A stretch of DNA of 64,000 nt, taken from the NCBI GenBank assembly GCA_965235115.1, contig OZ249440.1, forward strand, positions 33,048,001 through 33,112,000, written 5' to 3'. Shown piece by piece: positions 11,490 through 24,825 of this stretch (its first letter is position 1; every line of letters begins with the position of its first letter). Under the pieces are notes generated by a model. That model searched no databases and had not been told where the DNA came from. It worked only from the letters and a program-made list of their open reading frames with translations. A program made the translations under genes and the position numbers. The DNA is from Laetmonice hystrix. Its lineage: Eukaryota.

Positions 11490-13352
11490 AAGTTGCCTAG
11501 AAACCGTTGCTAAGAATTTTACATTTCAAAAAGGTTTGCATCTGAAAATATTTAGATTATCAAGAATATTGGGATGGGTAGGATGTGCCACTCGCGCAGG
11601 CGTCAATGGCAACAGCGTGACAACCAATTGTCACGTACCTAGTGGCGCCGCCTATGAACAAATAGGCCACCTAGGCCTGCGCGCATTCGATTAGGCCTAG
11701 TCCACAGGCTTTATTATATCTCCTCGCCATGAAAGGCTAAGAGATAACAAATTTGGTCATTTTTACTCCTAAAATTAGAAAAGTAATTCATAGAAATAAT
11801 CGAGTTTGAAGAGTATAAGCAGCTGGAAGCTTTCAGGTTAGCCATTTGAAATAGCGACTAGATCTAGATCTACTGGAAAAACTGCACCCATCCTGCCGTG
11901 CCTGGGCCACGCATGCATGTCCTACACAGTCTCTATTCTTGACTATACCTAGTATAGACGGGACTAGGCCTATGTCTAATAATCGATATGATAGACTAAA
12001 ACGTGTACTTTCTCAAGAAGTACTGTAGCCTATACTGATATGTCTGCCGGAATCGATCTGATGATAGGCCTACCGGTAGGCCTACAGTACTAGCACTAGT
12101 ACGAGCTAGGCCTACCGAGGCTATAATTATACGAGTCTGACATTCAAACTTAATCTAAGGCCTAAGCTAGCTAGTAGGTTAGCTAGCCCCCTCCTCGCTA
12201 GGCTAGTATCTATAACCTAGTAGGATATTTTATACGAATAGTGATAGGCCTGCCGCCTCCTACAAGTTGAAAATACTTTGTCTCAGCCCTAGCCTAGCCG
12301 TAGCATTTAGTTTTCCGACCCAGGCCATGGGCACGGCCACCGCCCGCATTGGCCGCAACGTCGGTGCCCTCCCGACAACAAGCCGGGCTATTGCCGGTCA
12401 GGGCCAGGGCATGCATGGGCAGATCAGGCCAGAATTAATGAGTCGAAGGAGGGAAATCTTTCTAACAGGGGGTATGCAGGGTTAAGTAGGAAACGTCTAT
12501 GAGAATGACTATGAGAAAATTGGTTGCCAAAGCAGGGTTACAACCCCTACAGCTACATTAGGCCTAGTCAATCTGTCGGCTACACGATTAAAGTTGGCGT
12601 ACGGTAACGTTACACGCGTGGCGGCACCCAGTTTATCCGTCGATAGAGCTCATTGAGCGTTTAAAAAATACCTGCGGCAATGTTTATATATATTTCAAAC
12701 CCGGTAAGTATAGGGTAAGCATACAGTAATTATTTCATGGCCAAAATCAAAGAGGCAAACAAGTGTTTGTAGGGTCGGGGCGGTTTGATCATGTTGCGAC
12801 TGGACTGAAGTTGGTGTCGTCAAAACTCTTGGTGGCCTATTTCTTCATAGATGGCGCTAGTGTGCTGCGATCAGCTCCGATTACCGTTAGGGGTGCGCGA
12901 GTCGCACATCCTATACATCCCAATATTCTTGATATTATGACGGACATTTGTGCAAATTTTTATGCTTTTATCACCATCTGAGCAATGTTATCACCATATG
13001 ATCTGAGGAAAACTGGTTGCCTAGGAAACATTGCTACGATATTTACATTTGAAAATGGCTCCACATCTGAAAATGTTTAACTTTAACATGTTATGCTCCA
13101 CATCTGAAAATGTTTAGCAATTTATGACGGGCATTTGTGCAAAGTCTTATGCTTTTACCACCATCTCAGCAATGTTATCATCATGTGAGCTAGGGAAAAC
13201 TGGTTGCCTAGCAACCGTTGCTAAGATATTTACATTTCCAAGTGGCTCCACATCTGAAAATATTTATTATGTTATGACGGACATCTGTGCAAAGTTTCAT
13301 GCTTTTATTACTATCACCAGCTGAGCAGTTCTTGCACCCGTCGCCTGGACTA
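11490..13352. mobile_element. Terminal arm of an Academ-like element with ~150-180-bp subterminal tandem repeats
   Basis: About three units of gttgcctag..ccgttgctaag..catctgaaaa..atgacggaca..atgctttta; ends ...gcctggacta (TAG terminus on minus). The first unit is split by 11561-12931. Confidence 0.55.
11561..12931. mobile_element. Non-autonomous P-superfamily-like element
   Basis: ~40-bp TIR caagaatattgggatg..taggatgtgc.actcgcgca; 7-bp TSD agattat/atattat (one mismatch); interior rich in taggcct/ctag. Confidence 0.75.
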
Positions 13353-13856
13353 ACTGATGAACATATATATGCTAGCCTAGAGTTACGCTGATGAGGAGGG
13401 AGACGGATGACTTTGGCAGAAACTATCCACAAACCGATGATATTTCAAACTATGCACCGTCAGTGCACACGAGTATAGCAACCCCCATCCCCAGGAAATT
13501 TAAGCACTTACCTACATTTTCTCCTCTCCACTCCGATGTCCTGGTGTTCTTCAACCCACAACTCTGAACGTCTCTGAACTCTGAACGTCGTCTCTCTCCG
13601 ATGCCCAACCGCACAGTGACCGATTCAAAGTGCGTGGGTACTCCGATGAATGACTTTTCCCCATCATGCCCTGCTCAAACTTCAAAGTTCTTTTCCGGGT
13701 TAAGAGTTCCAACTCTTTGTTGGACCTGAGATACGACTAGTTTATGATGAAACATCAGAATTATATAGCAAGTTAAGATATCAATGTTCTGGATGTACTA
13801 TAGTCAAACATACTATATGTTGCACTGGAGTAGAAGTCAGGTGTTGCCTGCTGCAA

Positions 13857-14225
13857 CAATGAGGGACTTTGTTACCGTCTTTTCCGCGTGGCGGCAGCAC
13901 TATTAACCCGGTCCCCTTGGGCCACATTATTATGACGTTAGATAGGTCGACGAAATGCTAATCTATCGCTGGGTGCCGTAGTGCTATTTGCTATGAAATA
14001 TTATGGTACGTTTAGGAGTTCTACAACATGGTGAAGCCTATCAAGTTATTATTTTTCATAACAAATAGTCTAAACAATCCTGCCACAGATTAGCATTTCA
14101 TCGTCCTATCTAACGTCATACTAATGTTTAGCCAAGAGGACCGGGCGACAGTGCTGCCGCCACGCGAATATGACTGGAAATGTGCCGTTGCGCATGCGTC
14201 TCAAGGAGTGTGAAGTCCCTCATTG
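13857..14225. mobile_element. Foldback MITE
   Basis: TIR caatgagggactt/aagtccctcattg plus a long internal inverted repeat (cgcgtggcggcagcact...agtgctgccgccacgcg); no TSD seen. Confidence 0.7.
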
Positions 14226-14570
14226 TAGGTGACTGATCTGATTTGCATTTAGCATTTCCATTTGCAGCTGAAATATTGTATTTTGAATTTTGTTCTTTAG
14301 TGTAGCTTTAGTTTTATTGTCAGAAATGTTTCTTAGTTCTGATGTTACATATTTGCCAAAGGCAGTGTCTTCATGATCCGGCACTGGAGTTTGCACCAGT
14401 GCCCTCAGGAGTGCAAGTTCCTCCTACTCTCGTTCTTCTCGCCTCCTTTTTTTCCTTGGCTTGTGAGGGAGAGACAGTTTCGCACCCTCTGCAACCTCAT
14501 GGCTGTTACTGTCGTTTACGGGAGGGGGAGCATTTTCGTCATCACTCATGCCTCCGAGTCTCTTCAACTG
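14226..14570 (-). pseudogene. C-terminal remnant of a MADF/BESS-type (Harbinger accessory-like) protein
   Basis: Manual translation: MSDDENAPPP..KPRKKRRREERE*EELALLRAL..DHEDTAFGKYVTSELRNI..KNKIQNTIFQLQM. Confidence 0.6.
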
Positions 14571-15641
14571 GGCTGATAATTAATTACTAAATATTTATGC
14601 TCACATAATACGATATGCAAAAATTACGTCAATAATAACATGTAACTCTGTAACTCTTTTTTCAGATTCCACAGACCAGAGTAGGGAGGTCAGGTATTTT
14701 TTTTTAAATCAACAACGTGCAAGATGTTAAAACACTATCCAATAGATCTCATCAAGACGAATCTAATGACACCAAGTTTGCTGTGATCGGTTGAAAAATG
14801 AACCTGAAACTGTCCTATTGTTTTCTCTATTAGGCTAATCAACAAAAATCGCAGGAAATTAGCCAATTTCACTCAAATATGACAGTAAAATTGATCTCAA
14901 TTAAAAACTATTTGACAGATGAACATGAAACTTGGTACAATGTATGTACATGCCATGCCGCATAAAAAGAAGTCATTAAGAATATTTTCCTTAATTAATT
15001 GATTAACGCGGGGACAATGGAAAAGCATTGAACAACAAATATTTCTATTTCAATGAATAACAACTTTTTATTTGCACAATTTTCACTCTTAAATTGATAT
15101 TCTATTAGCCAAGTAAGTAAAATTGGGAAATATAATTAACTAATTAATTAATCAATTAATTAATTAAATTAAAGGATTTTTTGGATTCCATTCAAAACCG
15201 TCAAAATAGACCTGTAGGCAGTTGGGGTTGTGCAAAGTACCTGTTTGGGTTGTGCAAAGTAGAACATCTTAGTGAAATAACATTTAAAATAATTAATTAA
15301 CATTACTAATTAGCTAATTTATCCATAATTGATTCATCAATTAAATACTGATGACATGTCAATCAATTAACCATGGCTTGTGATATATCAAAATATAGCA
15401 TTTTACAGGTGGAATACCCTTGAAGAAACAGTTTTGAGAAAGGTGAAACCATAGAGTCACACATAGCACATTACATGTATGATTAATTACATGTATCCCA
15501 TATATCCTGTGTCCATACCATAGGCAAAGAGGCCAGAGGGCAATTCAAATGATCAGGGAACTACCGGTACAATACTGTTTGCAAACTATGTCTTTTGACA
15601 CCAGTCAATTTTAGCATGAGCAAGACACTGGATCTATGTGA

Positions 15642-18600
15642 CTAGTATGTCATATACTTTTCAACATATTGCTCATACTGCCGTTGAATATGACCTTTGT
15701 TGGTTATATTCCAAAACTTTATGCGGGTACCTGAGTGGTCCTCTGGTTGCAAGGTAAAATCTGATGCAAAGATAAAGTTCGCAGAAGTTTCAACCCTGTC
15801 TGGTTTTTCTGGCCAGCGATATGCAGTGGCTCCCCTGTGAACAGCAGGAGCCATGAAGTTAACGACAGCCAGGTCGTGATTGATAATGTCTATGACTTCG
15901 CCTGGATACCAAGTGTCATCATAGGCTACCGCAACCCACTGGTTGGTATGATTAAATGTGAAGGCACTCGCAACGTCGTCCTCATGACCACTCATGTAAC
16001 TAGTATTACTGGTTAAATCTTGATCATCTGCCACAACATGCTCATTCTCAGACTCGGACTCTAACTCTGAGATAGTTTTTCTCTTGCGTTTCTTCTTTGC
16101 TTGTTTGGTATCTGGATGGGGAACCTTTCTTTTCTTGCCACCAGTCTTCTTACGATCATTTTGTCTGGCTTTGTCTTGCTTTGCCTTTCTTTTTCGTTGA
16201 TTTTCTAGTTTCTGCCTGAGGGATTCAACTAAGTCAAGGCGATCTGCAGCCAAACGTTTATCATCAATACCACTAGTACTAGGAAGGTCACTGGGTGGGT
16301 CTGGTTCCTGGTTGTCAAGGTTGTGCTTCTGGCTGATTAAGTGAAATAAATTGTTTTTATGCCTTGCAACACCGAATTGTTCACCCTTCTCACTGAATGA
16401 GCTATACTTTTTCAATTCCTTGTTTTTTTTGTAATAATGACTTATTAGTCAAGCTGAAGTACTATAGTTGATCTTTCAGCGCATTTTTTTTGTCCACAGG
16501 TCTTTGCAATGAGTTAGGAAGGTTGCTAACTTTCTGTTGGGTTGTGCATGGGCCACCATATTCTTGGTAAATTTTCTCAGTCCGCTGTGCCACTGTTAAT
16601 TCCTGCTTGGCTGACTTTTGTTCAAGTTTCTCTTTTGCAACCTTTTTTTGTTCTGCAATGAACCTTTTTTTTGGATGCGGCGTTGGTAATAATCGTTTGT
16701 AAATTGGGGCTTCCAGTCAAGTGCCATGCGAATTAGACGAGTTCGTTCCTCATCTGACTGATTTCGCCATTTTCGGAGCCAATCACTAGTTTTGTTTATG
16801 CTGTATAGGATAAGACCCTCCACTGATATAGTATTTGAATTTGGTTTCATAAATTTTAGTCTATCCAAATATGCAAATGCACGTTCAGCTTCAACATTGT
16901 CTTTTGGCATATTTTTGCTCAATTCACGGACCATTTGTGGCGGATTATAATACCTGCCTCCTAGTCCTGGCAGGTGATCTTCTGCCATTTTTTCCACACA
17001 GATGAGCATGCTGTGGCAGATGACAGATACTGCTGGCAGTGCTGCTTTGATACGTTCAAGTTGAGTTGGGTTTTTCTCCGGAATCAGTGATTGAAAAAAC
17101 TTATCTTTCTTCACTGGATACTGCTCAAAAAGAACAGCATTGCCAACTGCTATGTCTGTACAATCATTGGCCCATTCAGCTAAACAATCACGCAATCTTG
17201 TGTAGAGCGGCGAAGTGTCTATAACTGACAATGTTTGATCATCAATCATTCTCATCAGGGGATCAGTTATTTGTTTACAAATAAGTCCCATTGCACACAC
17301 TCCAGCATCAATAATGGAGTCATTGGCATCCCATCTAACACACTTTATGAGCTTGTTGTCCTTTTCTGGCTCCCCTGAATGGAACTCAAAGGTTTGGATC
17401 TGGTTCATGTAATGATAAACTATGGATGCAGCTAGGGGGGGGGGGATATTTAAACGATTATGTCGAAAGTCCACAAACTCTGGTTTACCCCCAACAAACT
17501 CAGTAAATTGATGAGGAGCACCCGCTTTCTCACAATCAGTCACATGCACATGGACCAAAAGCCTCAGACTAGACTGAATACAGAAAAGTTCCTGTACAGG
17601 ATTTACTAGTGTCCCATTTTATGTGCTTATTGCGCCCAATGGGCTGTCCTTGTGCTTCAACTTTCTCCCAGGGTTTAAGGACAGCCTCCATTGCATCTTG
17701 CAATCCTAGAACTAAATGTTTGCCACAATAGAAATCATTCAATTTGTTATAGACTGCCTTTGACTCCTCATCCAATTTCTCCCAGTCTGAATCCACCAGA
17801 GGACGCAGTTCTTTTAACCACAAATCAAGCTCATGCATCGTATTTTTCATGACATTGACAATGTGACGATCAGACATTGTTGAGTGCACTTTTGCTGCCA
17901 GCTCTCTCAAGATCTTTTCATGATCAGAATTCTGGCCCGATTTCAGTGATACAAGAATACTAGATAAATCACCAAACACAGTTTTTATTCCTGCCACCAT
18001 ACTCTGAGTGTCTCCTGCCCCAACCTCATCATGCATTGCTACTGCTTTCAACCCTTCATCAGTGGCAACTAGATGTACGTTGTACTTATTGTGTTTCTTA
18101 GTTGTGCCATCTGTTAAAAAACCACCGTGGTCGGTTTTTTTGAATGCATCTAGAGCACATGCTTTTGCAAGAAGGCCAGCTTCAGTAGCCATGTATTTAC
18201 AGACTGTGGCCTTAGGCAAATCACTGAGGGGGGCCTGAATATCTGCAATATTTTTGAGCACACTATATTTGAATAATTTTGGAGACATTTCTGGCTGAAA
18301 CACCCAATGTCATCAACTCGTAGCAAACCAAACGAACCTCATTTGTAGCCTATATCGTCCATTTTCAAATGTTTTGATTGATCTACCTTCCATCATCTCA
18401 ACAACCCTATTTCTTAACTTGTCATTTTTCTTTTTCCTTTGCAGAGCGCAATATTTGAGCATGATGATAGAGTGAATCCCACTGTGACTGTAAACCACCT
18501 TTTGCAACTGACTTACCAGTAAGCCTTTTGACCCATCTGCAAGCTGTTTCCCAAGTTATACCACATTTTTTCCGGTATACACAAAGTTCATACACCACCT

Positions 18601-18932
18601 CTTTACATATGAAACCAGTAAATGTCTGCTCATTGTTCAAGTCCAACCAAGCTTTTGTAATACCCAAAGATTCACACAGCTCCCCAATGTTGTCCCCACT
18701 GTTACTTTTTTGCAGTTGTGGTGGTATCACATTAAGCTCAGAATTTGCCAATTGGCCACTTGAAAACCGTTTTTGTTTTCTTCTAATGTATTTCACAAAG
18801 TTTGTAAATTCTGGAGGTGGATCGCTGCCCAATCTTCTGATCAAATTGTGAAGATCTTTATTGAGAATAAGTTCATTGCAGGCATCAATGATTGTCACGG
18901 CTTGTATCAGCAGGCTTCATGAGGCTTGTCAT
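15642..18932 (-). pseudogene. Frameshifted DDE transposase, hAT-related (hATx-like), with a Tudor-like C-terminal segment
   Basis: Consecutive ORFs carry LTDGTTK, STMSDRH, FYCGKH (CxxH), HNRLNI, NVEAERAF and WVAVAYDDTWYPGEV..YRWP; at least 4 frame breaks; acceptor ttttcag near 18933. Confidence 0.75.
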
Positions 18933-20659
18933 CTGAAAAACAGTTGACAATTTTATCAAAAAACATCATCCCAATCATAGAGTCATACATGATGTCTAGA
19001 TTTGTTTGGTAGACCCTAATGCTGCTTTTTACCTTAAAGGTCTTTCTACTGGGTCCATGGTAGGGCTGGAGCAACTAGTTGGATAATCACGAGTCAATGT
19101 ATAAAGATCGAGTACGAATACTCACAAAGGCTGAGATCGCCATATGCCATAGCACGTGAACATATTAACAAGCGGAAATCTTTCATATTTGATCAATTAT
19201 TTGCTCTACAGTATTTTTAATCTATAAAATTATGATGCCTTTCCCCAAAAATAAAAATACATGTCATCATGGCCAAGCCCACCAGGTGCTTATTTAACAA
19301 ATTTAGCACTTAAATAATTTGTTAAAAATTCCAGGTGAATCGTGGTTCGATTCGTGATTCACAAGTACTGAATCGCAAATCAGATTGGTCCATGGCAAAA
19401 TTTTAAAATGTTTGTGGACAAGAATATCAAAGCAGTGGACAAGAATATCAAAGCAGTTGACAAACAAAAGTCTAACTGAGTATGTATGGGTACAACACCT
19501 CAAAGTATGTCCCAGCTGCCCCCCCCCCCCTGCCGCTGAGGCACACTGACCCGTCCTCAGGCAGGTGTTGATGTCCTAGCCGGGGCAAGGAGGGCCGACA
19601 GCCGGCCACAGACAGTTGACACCACCATCGCCCCGGCAGCGGTATCTCCTCGAGAGAGTCATTGTTCATACATCAGTGACACTGACAGTGTGTACAACTA
19701 AATCAGTTTATCCGAAACATCTTGTTTACGAATGACCGGCACCCGAAATTAGTGTAAAATAATTGAAAACAGCAAAATATCATCGAATAACAAGGTTTTG
19801 ACGTCTTCTTCTGTCCATTGTTTACGATCCGAAGTAGGCGCTGCCATGCTGGAAATGCCCGGATGTTCGCTAGGCGCGTTGACAACCCACGAGAAAATCT
19901 CTCAAAACAACAGACTTTCTACACATTTTGTCGAGATATTTCACTCTGGAGATCGTTGATATGCCAGTTCATCGTATTTTCATGTCGACTTTAATGGATG
20001 GCAGGTAATTTTGCAGGATGACGATCATGAATGCGTCTCACGATCCTAGAAAATCGTCTGCTCTACGGATCGAAAAGTAGGAAGTACCCATAGGTAGTTC
20101 TTGGAATCCTGGGTAAAATGACGTTTATCACATGACCTTATGACGTCAAAGTCACTTGTAACTAAGGAGTTCTCTGGGGAACTCCCCCAAACGCCACTTC
20201 GAGGCCATTTCCGCTTGAACCGTAGAGGAAACGTAACGGGCGAAATGGAGTAGTTTACGAACTTTCAACGATGTATCATCGATTGGATGGTGTTTTATTC
20301 ATATTGCTACGCAATATATCGGGATAAAATTGGGATAACTAGTTCGCACAATGTTAGCAGGTGATGTTTGGGAGGTTTTATGTGAATGTCATGCCGTTTT
20401 TGATGAATGCTTGCGAGTTGAAGTGGGATGATTTTGCCATTTTTGGCGTGTGTTCTGCCTGTGCGGTACAGTGTGTATGGGATATCGTGTCAGACTCTTG
20501 TGACGTTGTGTGACCTGCCTAGTATAAGGAATCGTGAATGTGTGTCGGGCAACTACTCAGCCACAGACCAACCAAACAACTGAGAACCCGACCCCACCAC
20601 CCTGCATAGCCTGTCTATCGTAGACTATGTAGAAGAGCACATACACATAGGTGATCCGG

Positions 20660-22354
20660 GCGTGGGGGACCACGCTCCCCTGCTATATCATCCAACGGAA
20701 TACAGCCACATAATACGACACATGTGGCCAGTCGTGAACAAGAAAGCGTGGACACACAGCTGGGACTACGCTGAGCGTTATACTACAGTGAGGAACACAT
20801 GCCTCCCCATTTACATGGAGGCCAGTAAAAGTTCCGTCCGGCCTACACTCGGAGGTCTGGCGCGATTAGCTCAGGGCATACCACGACAAAGAAATATGTG
20901 AATTTATTGAATTCGGATGGCCGGTCTCATATACCGCCAGGCTCCCACCAAAAGCAACGCATTTTAACCACAATACAGCCAATGAGTGGCCAAATGACAT
21001 AAAACGTTTCCTACATAAGGAATGTCAACTAGGTACAATATTGGGACCATTTGCCGAGCCTCCCTTCATCCCGTGGACACAAACCAGCCCCCTCATGACA
21101 AGGCAAAAGAAAGACTCTCATGACAGACGTGTAATCGTAGACTTAAGTTTCCCTCACGGGAAGAGCGTGAACGCCAGCATCGAAAAAGGGTTTTTCCAAG
21201 GCCGCCCTAGCGAATACACTTTGCCTACAATAGCCGATCTTATTACTGCAGTCCAACTCCATGGGAAGGGCTGCTACATATGGAAGGCGGACCTATCGCG
21301 AGCCTATAGACAACTGAGAACGGACCCTACGGACCAGCCACTACTAGGGATTACATACCAAGGCCAGTACTACCTGGACATCTGCCCATCTTTTGGATGC
21401 AGACCGTCTGGAGCAGCCTGCCAGAGAGTCACAAATGCAGTTGTCTACCTGCTCGGCAAAGAGGGCTACCATAGTATCTCGTACGTGGACGCTGCGTATA
21501 ACAATTTCTTGCGAATATACGCAGAGCTAGGCCTAAAGCTCTCTCAAGAAAAATGTCGCCCCCCATGTCAAGACTTAGACTGGCTAGGTTTTAGAGTGAA
21601 CACTAAAGAAATGCTAGTCTCCATACCGCCAGATAAACTGAAGGCCGTCATTGACGAGTGTGTCAAGTGGCGCCGTCGACAGTCCAGCACAGTCAAGGAG
21701 TGCAGCGGCTCCTTGGTCGGCTCATCCACATAGCAAAGTGTGTCCGCCAAGGACGAAAGTTTGTATCAAGGATATTCACTGCCCTACGCGAGACACCAAG
21801 CGGAGACCACGTGACAATAGACCGCCCCTTCAGAGGAGATGTAGACTGGTACGGTAAGTATGCAACGCTCACCAACGGTATTGTCCTCATAAGCCCACAG
21901 TTGCCTACATACGAACTGGAATGTGACTCGTGCCTAGATGGCGGAGGGGGGTTCTATGGAGTGCAGTACAGCCAGCAGCTGAGAGACACCGTTAAGAAAA
22001 TCCATCAGCTAGAAGCAGTCAACCTGGCAATTGCCGTGAAGACCAGCCACTCTCACAGGACATAAAATCCTGGTACGAACGGACAATATGAGCTCAGCAT
22101 ATGCGCTAACGACCGGCCGGACACGCGACCCTATTCTGGCCCAGTGCAGCCGACAATTATGGCTATATGCAGCGGCCTCGAGTCTGGATGTACATGTACT
22201 GCATGCCGCCGGATCCGATCTGGTCCTGGCCGACACACTTAGCCGACGTCATAAAAGCTGGGGACACTGGCAGACCCCCGAAAAACTCGCCCAACAGAAG
22301 GGCCTACAAGAAATTCATCCCGTCTGGTTACTTGTGATTACTAAGAACTTCTGA
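20660..22354 (+). pseudogene. pol: RT + RNase H of a tyrosine-recombinase retroelement (DIRS order, Ngaro-like)
   Basis: GPF..SPL..RVIVDLSFP, KADLSRAYRQL, SFGCR, YVD (deletion after it), WLGF; RNase H ECDSCLDGGG, IHQLEAVN, TDNMSS, LADTLSR; no methyltransferase domain seen. Confidence 0.9.
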
Positions 22355-22421
22355 TACCCTATACCCTAACTCTACTAACCGAGCTGCTTCACCTAAGCTA
22401 TACGTCATCTTCTCATTTCAG

Positions 22422-23377
22422 GACCACACGGAGCATTACATACCCAGATTCTGGCATCCTATAACGCACCATCAGCGCCAGGAACCATAAAGAACAAAAC
22501 TCGCCAAGCTGAGGCCTATATCAAATTCTGCATAACCCATGGAATACATCACCTCATCCCGACCCCCATCCACATCGTGCTGTACATGCAATATTTGGCC
22601 AACTCCCTCACCTCGCCAGCGTCGGTGAGGAACTACTTATCAGGGGCAAGATCGTGGGTCCAGTTACACGGGGGAAACTGCACCGCCTTTTCAGCACCAG
22701 AGGTGAGCTCAGTGATAAAAGGGGTAGCCCGCCTCTGAGGACACATGCCAAGCCAGGCGCCCCCTCTGTACCCAGCTGAGGTGCAGGCGCTATGTGACTA
22801 CCTGGACGCTCTCGGGCGTGACGGCATTGTGTTTCGCTCCACGCTGCTAGCGACCTACTTCACATTTCTCCGGCAGAGCAACATACTAACACCCAACTCC
22901 GAGCCTTGGGGAGGGCCCCATACCCTCGCCCGCGGTGACATCACTACAGACGCATCTATTCGGGTGAGATTATCAAAGACAACAGGCGCCCGCGCGAGGT
23001 AAAAGTGCTTCGACTGCCTCGGGTGTCTCTGCCACGCCCGGTGGTAGCCTGGGCCTTAATGTTCTCACGGTCCCGGCTGCCCCAACGGCTCCTGCTTTCA
23101 TTTTGCCATGAACTCTCGCCCCGCTGACCCGCGGGTGCTGACAGCCGCTCTTCGGGAGGGGCTTCGAGCTCTCGGCCATAATAATGCCGCCGGCTTCACC
23201 CTGCATGGTCTGCGCCGCGCTGGGGCCCTAGCCTCCGCAGCAGCGGGGGCCTCCCTTGAAGACATAAAGAAGCATGGCTTGTGGCGATCTGAGGCCGTGC
23301 ACACCTACGTACCTCGCAAAGTGTTTTCTTCAGTCCCCTCCTGCCTTGCTGCAACATTTGGCGACCAATTAACCTAA
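22422..23377 (+). pseudogene. Tyrosine recombinase of the same element
   Basis: Acceptor ttctcatttcag just before 22422; motifs TFLRQSN, LSKT, LHGLRRAGA, HGLWRSEAVHTY; internal stop near 22737 and frameshifts; aataaa near 23480. Confidence 0.9.
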
Positions 23378-23775
23378 CTATGACGTGAGGACCCTGAACA
23401 GTCTCTACCGGAATGACTCGTTTTCTTTTATATGCACTTGCACTCGCAATCTTAGACTTCGGTCGTAACATGTTTCTTCAATAAAGAGCCAATATATTAT
23501 CAGCGACCTTAGTTACAATTGAACATAATTATAGGAATTATGGGTAATTCAACTGTAGATGATCGGAACGGCTCGGTATGCATGCGTGGGTCCGCCTCCC
23601 TAGCGACTGCCGCTCATTTCTACCTACCTGCCAAGGAACTCGGACGCTTTTTGTGTACGTGTACCACCTGAGGCGTAGCATTCGGGTGGTTTTGGATTCT
23701 ATAGGCGATGTCATCCAAGCAATGTGTCACCACCCACCCTTTATGCCAATTACTCCGTAATTTTTTGCATGTAGC

Positions 23776-24160
23776 CTAATTTTTTGTGGGGTCATGTAGC
23801 CATACAGCCTGGCCTACAGTAAACTGACACTCACGGGTGCCCACATCAAACCTTTTTTTTCTTAGGTTGGCTGCTTTCTTTAGGCACTGCCGGGCCAACT
23901 GAAAGGCCTTCTGAAAAGCTTCCTTTAGCTCATGTACATAACTTTCAGGGTCTTTGGCCGGCATTTGGCCCTGGTTGGGATTACCAGTGACCAGATGCAA
24001 AGGGAGACTTACTTCCCTCCCAAACACCATCATGTTTGGAGTTAGACCCGTGGTATCGTGCTTTGCGGCACGGTATGCCGCCAGTATAAATGGCAAGTGG
24101 CTATCCCACTTAGCTGCGGCCTCCTGTGCATAGATGGACAGCAGAGCACCCAGCGTTCTA
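23776..24160 (-). pseudogene. pol: Gypsy integrase C-terminal fragment
   Basis: FNRTL..WDSHLPFILAAYR..HDTTGLTPNMMVFGRE..FTVGQAVWL; cut at a TTAA site (24161-24164). Confidence 0.85.
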
Positions 24161-24164
24161 TTAA

Positions 24165-24510
24165 AGGGAGCCGTAAAATTCATTTTTTCGATTTATGGCA
24201 GTCTTAGAATTCGCATACCTTGGACTCCCAGTAACATAATGTGAAACTGTTATGGCCCAGCGACCAGTATTTAGTAAGGAAAATATGCCAAATCTCTCGC
24301 AAATATGTAGCTCAGAATTAGCGAACGGCCCATAGGATATTTGAGTTGGCTGCAGTCGGGCGATGATGACGCGTGATCACGTGACTTCCGGGTGTGGAAG
24401 GGAATCTCCCTCTAGTCTAGCGTTGACCTAAATACCGCATGTACAACTTATGACGTCAAAGTCACTTGTAACTAAGGAGTTTTCTGGGGAACTCCCCCCA
24501 AACGCCACTC
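24165..24510. mobile_element. Left end of a TTAA-targeting (Kolobok-like) element, truncated
   Basis: TTAA|agggagccg start inside the integrase; promoter-like motifs; the last ~62 bp are shared with 20137-20198. Confidence 0.5.
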
Positions 24511-24729
24511 TTCCTTGAGTTCCAACATCACAGAAAAGGAATTTATACTCTGCATCGACTAAATACAGTTGAGAATGTGTGTTTGTAGTTAAAAAAATTG
24601 GCACCGGAGCAGGCAGGTTGCCGTATTGCGATGTGTTTCCCGTCAATACTGCCAAGGCAATTTGGGAAGTTTCATTTCTTCCAGTACTCTGCTGCCACCT
24701 CCAACCATTCTTCTTGCGTTTTGGGGCAC
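24510..24729 (-). pseudogene. Harbinger/PIF transposase exon fragment (DDE_Tnp_4 type)
   Basis: CPKTQEEWLEVA..K*NFPNCLGSIDGKHIAIRQP..SGANFFNYKHTFS..LVDAEYKFLFCDVGTQGR; polypyrimidine acceptor upstream. Confidence 0.9.
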
Positions 24730-24825
24730 TTAAAAAGAAAAGAAATTGTATAACCGGTCTACAATGTTATTATCGCGTGAAGAATACTTGGTACCAGGTA
24801 TATTATTTTACCAATGTGTTTGCAG

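Noticed and set aside
22422..23377. Prophage or integron integrase
   Set aside because: It directly follows DIRS-type RT/RNase H and has a splice acceptor and poly(A) signal, so it is a retroelement recombinase.
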